NCBI RefSeq assembly: GCF_006345805.1
Contig: NC_043004.1
Coordinates: 100,998,001-101,062,000 of the forward strand
Direction: 5' to 3'
DNA length: 64,000 nucleotides
Source of the DNA: Octopus sinensis
Taxonomy: Eukaryota
Both the position numbers and the translations under genes were made by a program. The notes under the pieces are model-generated. The model saw only the letters and a program-made list of their open reading frames with translations, ran no database searches and was not told where the DNA came from. Below, piece by piece: positions 38,900 through 52,909 of this stretch; position 1 is the stretch's first letter; the number at the start of each line of letters is the position of its first letter.

Positions 38900-40075
38900 A
38901 TGACTCTAGGTTGGTGAAATTGTCAGAGTGTGAGATTAGATTCCTTATTATATCTGTTCTAGTTGAATTTAAATTCTTCCTAGACGCTGAAAGCGCAATG
39001 AACTATCTGACCAAAGGAACACAGTATCCTATCCAACCTGAGACTGACCACGATGTGTAGGTAGGCCTATAGTTAGCATAATTACATGGAGACACAACCT
39101 GGTCCTTAAGGTTATTTTCAATGCTATAAAGAACCAAACTGATCTCATCAACAGTAGAAAACACTGTTGAAAGTACCAACTAGAGATTTCATTACCTTCA
39201 TGTGCTCAGGGCAGCAAATCTATTCCAAGAAGAAGAAAAATTTTCCTGTGAGTGATGAAAAGTGGACCAGCAATTGGGAGGTGGCTGCAGATTTACCAGG
39301 GTGCCAGGGACTCTTTCCAATCCCGGTTATGAAAAAAACCAGACATTTTAATGTGGTGTAAAAGAAAAGAAGTGGTAAATCTAGTCGAGTTAACGGTTCC
39401 ACATGAAGATAATGTGGACGCCGCTCGTGCTTGAAAGATTGACTGTTATGTAAACCTCCTCAAGGAATGTGAAGATGCAAGCTGGAAAGCGGAGCATTTT
39501 CCACTCGAAATCAGATGTAGAGGGTTTGTTGGACACAGTATGAGGCGAATGTTGTTATCGTTTGGCCTAACTTATAATAAAGTAAATACCATCCAAACTA
39601 CAGTGGAAAAGGCTAGCCACTGGATTTGGTTAAAAAGAGACAATGAGCGATGGCTAGAAGAATATTAAGCTTTATTTGATAACCAGTTAGTTAGTTAGTT
39701 AGTTAATTTTTTGGCTCAAAAAGCAAAAAGCAAGGCCATGTAGGGGGACATGGAGTTATGTACAGGGTGGTGTTCATGTAAAGAGTTTAGGCCACTTGAG
39801 GTCAAGGGAGACTGTGAACCGAGCGGTCGTCGGCATCTTCACCATCTCGTCTGGCAGCTTATTCCACGGATCTGCAACCCGGATGGAGAAAGCCCCTCTC
39901 CTTCAATTGAGATGAAATCGTCGCAGATAGAGCTTTTCGGAATGACCCCGCAGTTAATCTAGCAAGCGGGGCCTCATATCAGTGAGGTGGGGCTGGTGCA
40001 CAATGATGCCATCAAGAGGTAGGCCCCAAAACAGTGCGCATTTTCTCCTGATGACCCCATACAAGTGCTGGCTTC
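38900..40075 (+). pseudogene. Hero-clade (R2 superfamily) non-LTR retrotransposon C-terminus with restriction-like endonuclease, plus 3' UTR
   Basis: TWRHNLVL, WEVAADLPG..KPDILMW, LVELTVPHEDNVDAARA*K..Y.NLLKECEDASWK..PLEIRCRGFVG, EKASHWIWLKRDNERW (stop at 39668); PD..ELT..RK..Y is the R2-type endonuclease signature. Confidence 0.85.
39686..39952 (-). mobile_element. CR1 LINE 3' fragment with (TAAC)n tail, nested in the Hero 3' UTR
   Basis: LRGHSEKLYLRRFHLN*RRGAFSIRVADPWNKLPDEMVK; CAGTTA on both sides as a probable TSD. Confidence 0.85.
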
Positions 40076-40514
40076 CAGTATGTAGAGCTTTTGACTGGTA
40101 GCACTTGCATGTGCAAGTTGTTTGCGAAACATTTAATTATAATTGTAATTTGGGCCTTGAGTACTAGAGTAATAAAATATAACCTCCGAGATTTCAGTAA
40201 AAAAAAAAAAAGGAATTTGTAATTCATTTTACTTGGATAAGAATTATATTATAACCTTCAGCAAAAACAAAGCTGTTTGTTAGACAACAAACTCAAGCAT
40301 GAAGAGAAAATGACTTTTCAGGAACTCTGACAGGTTGAATGCCATTTTCACATGCTAAAACAAACTATTGTTCATCTTAACCCTTATAGATTGTCAAAGG
40401 CAAAATAAAAATAATGTCTTAGTGACATGGTAGTTAAGAGAATATCATTTATTGTCAAATAATATTAGGTTTGTTATGTGTAAGCTATTTTTATCAATTT
40501 TATCAATAAGAATA

Positions 40515-41600
40515 GCAGATTGGCAGAATTAATTAAAGAACCAACAATAAATTGATTTTTACTTTTAATTCTTCCAGGGTCAGTAAATAATTTCCTCAAA
40601 CATTACAATTGTGTGCTTAACCTTGAAATCATTATTAATTAGTGTCATAAGGTGATGAGCTGGAAGAGTTGTTTGCACACTGGGAAAAATGCTCAGTGAT
40701 AATATTTCTTCTGTCTTTATATTCTGAGTTCAAATTCTGCCAAGGTTGACCTTGCCTTTTGTACTTTCACTTTCAGGGTCTATAAAACAAGTACAGGTCG
40801 TTATCTTTTGTACTTTCAGTATCTATAAAAGAAGTACAGGTCATTGTCGACTTACGACCACAAGTGGTTCCAACTGATTGGTTGTAAGTCAATTTGGTCA
40901 TAAGTCGGCTTCTAGGCCTCCATAGCTTTGTTTTATATCTTTACATTCTCAAGGTACATTCTCAAGTAAAAGTCACACACAGCATTCTGTATTATTCTAC
41001 AACATTGTCATTTGTTCATAGAAAAGTACCAAAGAATGCAAATACAAGAAATACACAATGTAGTGTAAGAAGCAGTTGCAAAACTTACATAAAAAGTTAC
41101 TGTAGTTTGATGCTTGGCTGTGGATCTTCGATGTTATTTGTTAGCTAATATCATCCATAGATGGGTTCATTAAACCCATTGGATTTCAACTGGACTATTT
41201 ATTATTGCTGCCGGGAGCTGGCACACCAATCGTCATAAAGTCAATTGGTCCTAAGTCGGATAGGTCATAAATTGACGACAACCTGTACCAGCTGAACATT
41301 TTTGCTAAGGTAATTGATAAGCACCACACAATTTCAGGTCTTGTCCCCCTGACCTTGAAATCATTATTAATTTGTACTATAAGGCAGTGTACTGGCAGAA
41401 CCATTAGTATGCTGGGCAAAATGCTTAGCGACATTTTGTCTGTTTCTGTGTTCTGACTTCAAATTCTGCAAATGCTAACTTAGCCTTTCATACTTTCAGG
41501 GGTCACTGAAATAAGTACCAGTTAAGCAATGGGGCAGATGTAACTGACAAACCTCCTCCCCTAAAATTTCAGGCCTTGTGCCTAATCTTGAAAGCATTAT
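40515..41600 (+). mobile_element. three head-to-tail degraded SINE D copies
   Basis: Each ends in CTTGAAA(T/G)CATTAT(T/G)AAT (~40622, ~41354, ~41588). Confidence 0.7.
40837..41285. mobile_element. Tc1/pogo (Tigger-like) MITE inserted at TA within SINE D
   Basis: TIRs CAGGTCATTGTCGACTTACGACC and GGTCATAAATTGACGACAACCTG, TA on both sides; splits the SINE motif AAG-TA-CCAG. Confidence 0.8.
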
Positions 41601-41923
41601 GAATGTTAGGCTGTGACATGGTAAAAATAATAAATTGTTCAGTTTTGACTTTCTACATTCTGAGTCCAAATCACCACAAATTATTTGACCTGTTTTGGTG
41701 ATGCTGAAGAAAGAATATCCAGACAAGAGAACTGCTTAGTTTTGTTCTCTTTTATTCAGTTTTCCAATCCTGGTTAAGTAGTTTTTGCATTTTATTCTCT
41801 AGTTTGATGAAATACATATTGTTCTTATATTTGTGTCAATTCATCTGAGTATAGTGCGGCCCTTCACTTCCCCACCATAGAATTAATGGCCTGCAAATAA
41901 AGTTAAGTGATTCGAGAGTGCAG

Positions 41924-42291
41924 GAATATATGATCTACATCGTCTGTCTTTACGTTCTGAGTTAAAATTCCGCTGAGGTCGACTTTGCTTTTCATTCTTT
42001 TGGGGTCGATAAATTAAGTACCAGTTGTGTACCGGGGTTCAATCTAATCAACTGGTCCCCTCCTCATAACTTATGGGCCTTATGCCTAGAGTAGAAAAGA
42101 ATATATGATCTACATCGTCTGTCTTTATGTTCTGAGTTCAAATTCCGCTGAGGTCGACTTTGCTTTTCATCCTTTTGGGGTTGATAAATTAAATAAAAGT
42201 TGTGTACCGGGGTTCAATCTAATCAACTGGCCCCCTCCTCAAAAATTTCGGGTCTTGTGCCTAGAGTAGAAACAAATATATGGTCTACATC
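41924..42291 (+). mobile_element. tandem pair of 5'-truncated SINE D copies
   Basis: AATATATG(A/G)TCTACATC occurs three times (~41925, ~42100, ~42275) around two ~158-bp bodies. Confidence 0.88.
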
Positions 42292-42402
42292 AATGAGCAG
42301 TGCACTGTTATGGAGTAGTTTGTATGATTGTGGATTTTGGTATAAGTTTGAATGGTCTGTTTAAGCTTAAATTTGTATGTATGTTTATATGTATCTTTTA
42401 TA

Positions 42403-42747
42403 TTTTAATTGTTTCTATCATTAGACTGTGACCATACTGGAGCACCACTTTCAAGAACTTTTAGCCAAATGAATTGACCCCAGTACTTTCCCCTTCTGAA
42501 ATCTGGTACTTATTCTATCGGTCTCTTTTGTCAAACTGCTAAGCCACATGGTACGTAAACACACCAACAGCAGTTGTCAATCAGTAGTGGGGGACAAACA
42601 CAGATACAAAGACACACACACACACACACTACATATATGATGGGCTTCTTTTAGTTTCCTCTACCAAATCCACTCAGAAGGTTTTGGTCAGCCCAAGACA
42701 CTTGCTCAAGATGCCACACAGTGGGACTGAACCCAGAACTATGTGGT
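42403..42747 (-). mobile_element. older SINE family A, head truncated by a microsatellite
   Basis: Diverged, CpG-decayed match to the consensus. Confidence 0.82.
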
Positions 42748-43493
42748 ATGTATGCATGTATGTATGTCTGTACGTATGTATGTACGTATGTATATCTGTA
42801 CGTATGTATGTATGTATGTTTGTATGTATGTATGTATGTGTGTATGTTTGTATGTATGTATGTATGCATGTACGTATGTATGTATGTATGTATGTATGTA
42901 TGTATGTATGTATGTATGTATGTCTGAACGTACGTATGTATGTAAGTATGTATGTATGTATGTATGTATGTATGTTTGTATGTATGTATGTATGTATGTA
43001 TGCATGTACGTATATATGTATGTATGTATGCATGTATGTATGTATGCATGTATGTATGTATGTATGTATGTATGTATTATGTATGTATGTATGCATGTAC
43101 ATATGTATGTATGTATGTATGTATGCATGTACGTATGTATGTATGTATATATGTATGTATGTATGTATGCATGTACATATGTATGTATGTATGTATGCAT
43201 GTACATATGTATGCATGTACGTATGTATGTATGTACGTATGTATGTATGTATGCATGTATGTATGTATGTATGTATGTATGTATGTACGTATGTATGTAT
43301 GTACGTATGTATGTATGTATGTACGTATGTATGTATGCATGTATGTATGCATGTACATATGTATGCATGTACGTATGTATGTATGTATGTATGTATGTAT
43401 GCATGTATGTATGTATGTATGTATGTATGTATGTATGTATGTATGTATGTACGTATGTATGTTTGTATGCATGTATGTATGTATGTATGTATG

Positions 43494-43524
<31 letters not shown>

Positions 43525-44058
43525 GTATGTATGTATGTATGTATGCATGTATGTATGTATGTATGTATGTTTGCGTATGTATGTATGTATGTATGTATGT
43601 ATGTACGTATGTACATATGTATGTATGTATGTACGTATGTATGTATGTACGTATGTATGTATGTATGTATGTATGTATGCATGTATGTATGTATGCATGT
43701 ATGTATGTATGTATGTATGTATGTATGTATGTATGTACGTATGTATGCATGTATGTATGTATGTATGTATGTATGTATGTATGTATGTATGTATGTATGT
43801 ATGTATGCATGTATGTATGTATGCATGTATGTATGTATGTATGTATGTATGTATGTATGTACGTATGTATGTATGTATGTATGTATGTATGTATGTATGT
43901 ATGTATGTACATATGTATGTATGTATGTACGTATGTATGTATGTATGTATGTATGTATGTATGTATGTATGTATGTATGTATGCATGTATGTATGTATGC
44001 ATGTATGTATGTATGTATGTATGTATGTATGCATGTATGTATGTATGTATGTATGTAT
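42747..44058. repeat. ~1.3-kb (TATG)n array with TACG/CATG variants
   Basis: Directly visible; source of the 430-490-aa MYVC/HTYI ORFs. Confidence 0.98.
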
Positions 44059-44821
44059 TAATGCAGAATCAAAAAAAAAGAAAACACAAATATATTCTAA
44101 GCTAGAATTAAAGCTCCATTTAATTAATTTGATTAATTGTTTTGTCTGTTTGATTTTTCACATATGCAAGTCTGCTGCAGGCGAATACTTTATACTAGTC
44201 ACATTCTAACAACACCAAATTACAGCCATTTCTAAACCTTAACAATTCTGAAATGAAATATGAGGGTGGATGACAGAAGACTTTGCTTTCAGCGACATCT
44301 TGCTTTTATAAACCAAGACTTCTACCAAATTCCTCTGTGTACACACAAACAGACACACGCACCCATACCATCACCCTGGATAGACACTAACTGTCTCAGT
44401 CACCTCATTCTGTTCCACTCCACACCCCACCCACCAGGCTACCTAAAATGTTCTTATGTAGATATTGTTTCTCTACATGACCTTTGTGTCTCCATGTGAC
44501 CTTTTACTTGTTTGAAGTGGATCAACTATTTTTTTGTTTTTTTTTGAGGTCTTTTTTTTTGTTTTTATTTTGATTTGTTTCTAAGTTGAGGCTACATTGT
44601 GGGTGCCAAATATAAAGTTAAACCCAGATGTATTGTTTTATAGACACACACACACACATTATTAATATATATATACATCTATGTATATATATATATATAT
44701 ATATATACATCTATGTATATATATATTATATATATATATATACATAGATGTATATATATATAACACACACACATATATATATATATATACACATACATAT
44801 ATAAACATATCTACATGCATA

Positions 44822-44866
<45 letters not shown>

Positions 44867-45732
44867 TGCATATATATATACATATATTTACATATATATA
44901 TATATTATAATATATATATATATTATATATATATACATACATATCGAATTGTGTGTGTCTGTCCATACATAAGTATGTGCATACATACATGCATACATAC
45001 ATACATACATACATGCATACATACATTCATTCATACATACATACATACATACATACATACATACATCTGTAAATATTTGTGCAGATGTGTTTGTCGTGTG
45101 TGTGTGTGGGAGTTTGAGTGTATATGTATGAGTGCTTGTGCATGTGTGTCTAATAGGCCTCCAATTCTGTTTTATATATAATTCAGCAGTACAAGACCCA
45201 GAAATCTTTCAAACAAACAAACATGAATAAGAACCATCAATGTGATGTGAATAAAAGAGCATCTTCTCTTCATATAATGCAGCACTGACATTTTTCACAG
45301 AACTATTGAGGTGTTGTTTTGTTTGTGTGTTTAGTTTTGGATTAGAACAAAGAAGGGGTAGTAAACTCCATAAATAAATCTCAGAACACTTTTGGTATGG
45401 AACCAATCATCTGTTTAATTCAAACCACCGTGGTGTCCACCAAGTCTTGGAGGTCTCCTTGTCAACAACTAACTCAATATCAACAAAGCATTCAGAGTGT
45501 GTATTTCTTGATGTTCATACATGAATGTTTGTGTGTGTATGTGTTTTTATTATACAAGCATATGTATGTATGAGTGTGTGTGTATATATATATGTATATA
45601 TATGTATATATATGTATGCTTATATATATTTACGTATGTATATATATACGTATGTATATATGAGCTATGGGTTGATGAGCATGTGAACTGATGGGAGTGA
45701 AGGACCCCTAGTTCTAATGAGAACTTCCTTCT

Positions 45733-45945
45733 AGGTGAGCTGGCAGAATCGTTAGCAAGCTAGGGAAAATGCTTAGCAGCCTTTCATTTGTCTTTGTGTT
45801 CTGAGTTCAAATTCCGCTGAGGTCAACTTTGCTTTTCATCCTTTCAGGGTTCATAAAATGTGTACCAGTTGAAAACTGGGGTTACTGTAATCAGCTTAAT
45901 CCCTCCTCAGAAATTGCTGGTCTTGAGTCAAAATTTGAAATCACA
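45733..45945 (+). mobile_element. SINE family D
   Basis: Matches the family D consensus with CpG decay. Confidence 0.85.
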
Positions 45946-45983
45946 ATATACATATATATATCATATATATCATATATCTCATA

Positions 45984-46378
45984 TTCTTTTATTTGTTTCA
46001 GTCATTTGATTGTAGCCATGCTGGAGCACCGCCTTTAGTCGAACAAATCGACCCCAGTACTTATTCTTTGTAAGCCTAGTACTTATTCTATCGGTCTCTT
46101 TTGCCGAACCGCTAAGTTATGGGGACATAAACACACCAGCATCGGTTGTCAAGCAATGGTGGGGGGACAAACACAGACACACAAATACACACACGCACAC
46201 ACACACACATATGCAATGGGCTTCTTTCAGTTTCCATCCACCAAATCCACACATAAGACTTTGGTCAGCCTGAAGCAATAGTTAAAGACACTGGCCCAAG
46301 GTGCTACACAGTGAGACAGAACCCAGAACCATGTGGTTGGGAAGCAATCTTCTCACCACACAGCCACTCCTGCGTCTG
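45984..46378 (-). mobile_element. SINE family A
   Basis: Matches the family A consensus. Confidence 0.9.
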
Positions 46379-46426
46379 TATATGTATATGCATATATATA
46401 TATATCTATATCTATATATATATATA

Positions 46427-46568
46427 TCATCATCATCATCATCATCATCATCATTAGCGTCCGTTTTCCATGCTAGCATGGGTTGGACGGTTCTACTGGG
46501 GTCTGTGAAGCCAGAAGGCTTCATCAGGCCCAGTCAAATCTGGCAGTGTTTCTACGGCTGGATGCCCT
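46427..46568 (-). mobile_element. SINE family E 3' part with (GAT)n tail
   Basis: GGGCATCCAGCCGTAGAAAC..TCCAACCCATGCTAGCATGGAAAACGGACG on the minus strand; related pieces at ~49040, 49710-49960, 52045, 54897, 56170, 60575 and 63630. Confidence 0.8.
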
Positions 46569-46594
46569 ATATAAATATATGTTGTGTGTATGTA

Positions 46595-46660
<66 letters not shown>

Positions 46661-47449
46661 AGACACATACACATACATGTGTGACAATTTTGACAGAAAA
46701 TAACCAAATATCAACAATCCCCGTGTGAAATTTTTAAGCTGGAAACCCCTAGTATAAATGTGTAACAAACCTTTTAATTAGGGGAGGATCCCAGGAAAGG
46801 GCTGAATCAAGATAACAGCTTCAGCAATGTTACCAGAGATGAGAGTGTAATTTATCTATCATATTATAACATCATCATCATCATTATCATTTTATATTTG
46901 ATTATCCTTTTTCTAGAGGAGGTTTCAGTGAAAGTGTCTCACTCCCTGAGGACTAATACTGTGATGGAGACCACAACTGGTTTCCTAAGTGCCTGTGATA
47001 GTTATTTGGGTGATCATATTCTAGGTTTATCTGTCTTCTTGATAAGTATTGGTTTTTGTCCTGCTGGGTCTTTGAGAATTCTTCACACTAGGATTCTGGT
47101 TTAGTTGTCAACGCTTTGGACATGCAACAGAGTGAAGTAGATAAAGAAAATATTGTGTGAACCTGCTGAAATGATTTACCCAATGTTCTATGTAAAAATT
47201 TCTTAACTAATTAAAATTTCCATTAACTTATGAATTCATGTCATTGGCCCTCTAGAGTTATTTCCCTTACGTCATTTTATAAAAATGAGGGATTCTGGCA
47301 TTGAAAGAATGCATAACTGTCTCCTTTATTTTCATATATAAAGACTGTTTATTTTTCAATACAATGCAATACACACATACATACACATATATATATACAT
47401 ATATATATATATACATATATATATATAATATATATATACATATATATAC

Positions 47450-47480
<31 letters not shown>

Positions 47481-47481
47481 A

Positions 47482-47517
<36 letters not shown>

Positions 47518-47756
47518 TGTATGTATGTATGTATGTTGTATAAATATACTTGTGTGCGATAGATAAAGTAGTGAGTGAAGGGGCTATATATATATATATA
47601 TAATCTTAAGCAGCAGGTTTTGTATTGAGACCACATTCAATGTTGTGATAAGCAGACTGGGGTGCTCCAACTTCCTGCCAAAGTACATGATACTTTCTCA
47701 GTATGTGAAAAGTCTAACTGTTTTCTTATCTGTCATCTTACATTTTACATGTATCA

Positions 47757-47856
<100 letters not shown>

Positions 47857-48155
47857 ATATATATATAATATATATGTATATATATGAACATGCACGCGCA
47901 CACGTATATATATGTATGTATGTTTACTTATGTATTTATACATTTGTATGCATACATATGTGTATATATCTATATATGTGTGTGTGTGTGTGTGTTTGTG
48001 TATACACACACACAATTGTGTTACATTCACTTTTCATTTTACATGCTGGCATGAGTCGGATGGAACGGTACGGTTTGAGTCAGCACATATTCAGAGTGCT
48101 TCCGGGCCATCTAGAAGGGGTCAGGGGTTCACAGTTCACTTGTGCATTTCATATA

Positions 48156-48229
<74 letters not shown>

Positions 48230-48272
48230 GAGAGAGAGGGAGAGAGAGAGATGGAGAGATAGATAGATAGAT

Positions 48273-48326
<54 letters not shown>

Positions 48327-48664
48327 GTACATATGCACATACATACATACATTCATACATATATATGTATATAGGGAGAGAGAAAGAGAGAGAATGAATA
48401 ACTCTATAAGAGAAATAAAAAGATAGAAAGTGATTCTTCTTTCTCTTAATGTGTGTGTGTGCATGTGTGTGTGTGTGTATGTGTGTGTGTGTGTGTGTGT
48501 GTACATATACTTGTATTCTGGTTACAGTGTGATGCATTACATTCATGCCATCAACATCTACGCTCTTTTGTACTTTTATCTCCCAGAACATGCACACACT
48601 ATCTCTCTCTTTCTCCCTCTCTCTCTCTCTCTCACACACACATACACACACATGCACTTTCATG

Positions 48665-48978
48665 CTGTTGTTGTTGTTTGTTCCTTCTCAAGCCATGCCT
48701 GGCTGATAAGGGCTGGTTTCCCGGTTTCCTTGGCGTATAGGTTCCCCACCTGGACGGGATGCCGGTCCGTTGCAGGTGAGCTGCAAGATGCAGGAGGAAA
48801 GAGTGAGGGAAAGTTGTGGCAAAAGAGTCAGCAGAAGTTCGCCATTACCTTCTGCCGGAGCCACGTGTAGCTTAGATGTCTCACTCATAAAAAACACACA
48901 TCACCCGGTCTGAGATTCGAACCTGCAATCCCTCAACTGTGAGTCCACTGTTCTAACCACTAGGCCATTTATTTCCAC
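48665..48978 (-). mobile_element. SINE B-related element with a different 3' half and (CAA)n tail
   Basis: Head and body align to SINE B up to CTCACTCTTTC(C/T)TCCTG, then switch to CCTGCAACGGACCGGCATCCCGTCCAGG..GGAAACCGGGAAACC..GAGAAGGAACAAACAACAAC. Confidence 0.85.
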
Positions 48979-49313
48979 TATTTACACACATGTCCACTTT
49001 TATTTGTCACTCTTGCATTCTTTCACTTGACATCTGTTTTGTCTGTGCTAGCATGGGTTAGATGGGGACTTATTTAAGCCAAGCTTTCATAGCCTGATGC
49101 CCTTCCTGTTGCCAACTCATACCTCCTTTTCAAGTAAAGGATTGTTTATTCCACAAGTCTTAGAAAGAACAGGGAAACCAGTTGTAATGCCAACAAAGAA
49201 CATGAACCTGACATCACCATTTTTGCTCAGACATTGACAAATGACGCTATGGAATGTCTACATTTGCATACATACAAGTACAACACATACACATACACCA
49301 ATGCTATAAACAT

Positions 49314-49441
49314 AGGTGCAGGAGTGGCTATGGTTCAGTCCCACTGCATAGCATTTTGGGTAAGTGTCTTCTACTATAGCCTCAGACCAACCAAAGCCTT
49401 GTGAGTGGATTTAGTAGACAGAAACTGAAAGAAGCCCGTCG

Positions 49442-49478
<37 letters not shown>

Positions 49479-49700
49479 ATGTATATGTATATATATATAT
49501 ATGTATGTGTGTGTGTATACATATGTATGTCTTGACAACCGATGCTGATGAGTTTATGTCCCTGTAGCTTGGAGGTTCAGCAAAAGAGACCAATAGAATA
49601 AGTACTACGCTTACAAAGAGTAAGTCCTGGGGTTGATTTGTTCAACTAAAAGCAGTGCTCCAGCATGGCCACTGTCAAATGACTGAAACAAATAAAAGAA
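49314..49700 (+). mobile_element. SINE family A with a deletion in the head
   Basis: GGTGCAGGAGTGGCTATGGTTCAGTCCCAC..GACTGAAACAAATAAAAG. Confidence 0.85.
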
Positions 49701-49969
49701 TAACTGTGTGTGTGCTGGTGCCACATTAAAAGCATTTGTGCTGGTGTCATGTAAAAATCACACATGCTTGTGCCATGCAAAAAGCACTCAAGCTGATACC
49801 ACATAAAAAGCACCCAGTACACTCTGTAATGTGGTTAGCATTAGGAAGGGCATCCAGCTGCAGAAACCATGCTAAAACAGACAAGTGGAAGCTAGTTGCA
49901 GCTCTCTGGCTTGCCAGCTCCTGTCAAGTCATCCAACTTGGAATATGAGGATGATGATATGTATATATA

Positions 49970-50183
49970 AAGGTGGTGAGCTGGTAGAAACATTAGCACG
50001 TCAGGCAAAATGTTTAGTGGTATTTCATCTGCCTTTACATTCTGAGTTCAAATTACGCCTAGGTCAGCTTTGTTTTTCATCCTTTCAGGGTCAATAAATT
50101 GAGTACGAATAGCATACTGGGGTCGATGTAATTGACTGGCCCCCCTCCCTAAAAATTTCGGGCCTTGTGCCTAGAGTAGAAAA

Positions 50184-50220
<37 letters not shown>

Positions 50221-50713
50221 GGTTTGGATGTGATATACAGGTATTATATATTAGAAGAAATATGATACTGAAAAATCTCGATGGATTTATATTTACAGAT
50301 TTTTATTAATATGTCACATGTTTTTATAAATCATATATTAGCGCTTGCATCTACTCTAGTAGACTCTTCAGATTTATATATATATATATATTCCTCATTC
50401 AATATTTGTTCTCCACAAGGCAGTGCACTGGCAGAAAATTTCGGGCCTTGTGCCTAGAGTAGAAAAGAATATTTGTTCTCCATAGGGTGGCAAGCTGGCA
50501 GAGACGTTAGCATACTAGGCAAAATGCTTAGCAGTATTTTGTCTGTCTTTATGTTCTGAGTTCAAATTCCAGCGAGGTCGACTTTGCCTTTCATCCTTTC
50601 AGGGTCGATAAATTAAGTACCAGCTGCATGCAGGGTCGATCTAATCAACTGGGCCTCCTCTCAAAAATTTTGGGCCTTGTTCCTAGAGTAAAAAGGGGGA
50701 TATTTGTTCTCCG
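49970..50713 (+). mobile_element. cluster of three SINE D copies
   Basis: Copies at 49970-50185, 50418-50467 (internally deleted) and 50484-50697; ATATTTGTTCTCC at ~50402, ~50469 and ~50700. Confidence 0.85.
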
Positions 50714-50942
50714 TGCTGAATTCAACTTACGCATTCTCAAACACACACACACACACACACGCAGTCCCTTGACATTGATATGCTCTCAATAAACAAGATT
50801 GTAGTAGTAGTAGTAGTAGTAGTAGTTGTAGTAGTTGTAGTAGTTGTAGTAGTAGTAGTAGTATGTGCGATATCTACATACACACATGCACACACACATA
50901 TAGCAACTGCAACCCATCTCCACCTCCTCCTATCCCACCTTT

Positions 50943-50989
<47 letters not shown>

Positions 50990-51370
50990 TTACTACTATC
51001 CCACCCACCCCTCTCCTCTTTGTCAAGCATACACCTGTATCAATGTCAAAAGGTTCTTGCTGTTGTAGAGTCTCCTCTCTCTTCACATTTCAACAGGAAA
51101 ACAAGCCTAAATTTGTGGGCGAATCTACAATGCTTTAAGTACTGTATGTATGTAAGTGTGTGTAAGGGTATGCGTGTATAAGATGGTTTATGGGTGTGTG
51201 TGTGTCAGGTGTGTTTACACAATCTGAACTTGTGCTTATGTTAAATAGAGTGTGGTTGATGTGTACTCTTGGAGTACAGTGGTGGGGGAGTACTTGTGCC
51301 CCCACCCTGCATCACAGAGTGAAAAAAGAGAGATTGAGAGTGTATCTGTGTGTGTGTATGTGTGTGTGTG

Positions 51371-51419
<49 letters not shown>

Positions 51420-52261
51420 TGTTGATTCTTGTGATATTGTATCTAGTGCTGTGGTGAGATATTGTGTGTTTAATGTAGTTTGTGTGTGTGTGTATGTGTA
51501 TATATGTGTGTGTGTATGTACGTGTGTGTATGTACCTGTATGTGTGTATGTGTGTGTATGTACGTGTGTGTGTATGTGTGTGTTTGTGTGTGTGTGTTTG
51601 TATATGTGCATGTGTATGTATATGTGTGTGTGTGCGCGTGCATGTACGTGTGTGTGAGTATGTCGGTATGTGTATGTATGTGTGTGAGTGTGTGTGTGTG
51701 TGTGTGTCTGTGTGGGTGTGTATGCATGCGTATGGTGTGTGTACTACTAAAATGTAAGGGATCTCTCTTTGTATGATATAGCAGAAATTTAGACTTATGG
51801 TGGTCCCTTGAGTGATTTTAAGAGGGCAGATACAATGTATATGCATGTAGTATGTGTGTGTATGTGTGTGTGTGTGTGTGTGTGTTACATAACTTAATTA
51901 TATTGCAGACTTAAAACATGTAAAAATATGTAGATACGAGTAGTATGTAGTACAATATGTAGTACAAGTGACCCATGTGAATTGCTGGGCATTATGAGGA
52001 TAAGCTAGCATTGAGAGCAGAGCCACTATTGTGGACATGTGATCATCGTTTAACGTCCGTTTTCCATGCTAGCATGGGTTAGACGGTTTGACCAGGGTGT
52101 GGGAAGCCAGGAGGCTGCACCAGGCTCCAGTCTGATCGTATAGCTTCAATGCATTGTTAGTTTATTTTTCTTTACCATGTCATATTTACTTTTATTCACT
52201 CTATCTTCTCACAATTTGATGGACAGAAACTGTGCGGAAGCTCATTATACATGCATACATA

Positions 52262-52676
52262 TACTCTTTTACTCTTTTACTTGTTTCAGTCATTTGACTG
52301 CGGCCATGCTGGAGCACCGCCTTTAGTCGAGCAAATCAACCCCGGGACTTATTCTTTGTAAGCCCAGTACTTATTCTATCGGTCTCTTTTGCCGAACCGC
52401 TAAGTGACGGGGACGTAAACACACCAGCATCGGTTGTCAAGCAATGCTAGGGGGACAAACACAGACACACAAACACACACACACATACATATATGTATAT
52501 ATACATATATACGACAGGCTTCTTTTAGTTTCCGTCTACCAAATCCACTCACAAGGCATTGGTCGGCCCGGGGCTATAGCAGAAGACACTTGCCCAAGAT
52601 GCCACGCAGTGGGACTGAACCCGGAACCATGTGGTTGGTAAACAAGCTACTTACCACACAGCCACTCCTGCGCCTA
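52262..52676 (-). mobile_element. SINE family A, young full-length copy
   Basis: Complete head (GGCGCAGGAGTGGCTGTGTGGTAAG..GGTTCAGTCCC), body and tail; CpGs intact. Confidence 0.95.
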
Positions 52677-52699
52677 TATATAATTTTTGTATGTATGTA

Positions 52700-52909
52700 T
52701 GAGGGAGGTTCTGAAAAGTTCCTGGGTGTTGCAAAAGGCCTGGTTGAAGGCTCAACCTTCCAAGTTCTTTTACAGGGCTTAGAAAAACTAAAGGACTGCT
52801 GCAATAAGTGCGTGAATCTGAGAAGGGAATATGTTGAATAAAATCATAATTAACTGATCCTTCAGTGTTTTCTTTTACCCAAAGCCAGGAACTTTTCAGC
52901 ACACCCTCA
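52700..52909 (+). mobile_element. mariner-derived MITE, intact copy
   Basis: TIRs TGAGGGAGGTTCTGAAAAGTTCCTGG and CCAGGAACTTTTCAGCACACCCTCA; encodes the mariner C-terminus QGLEKLKDCCNKCVNLRREYVE*. Confidence 0.9.

Noticed and set aside
42651-44209. Very long ORFs (431-488 aa) on both strands
   Set aside because: Translation of (TATG)n; no protein-like composition or splice signals.
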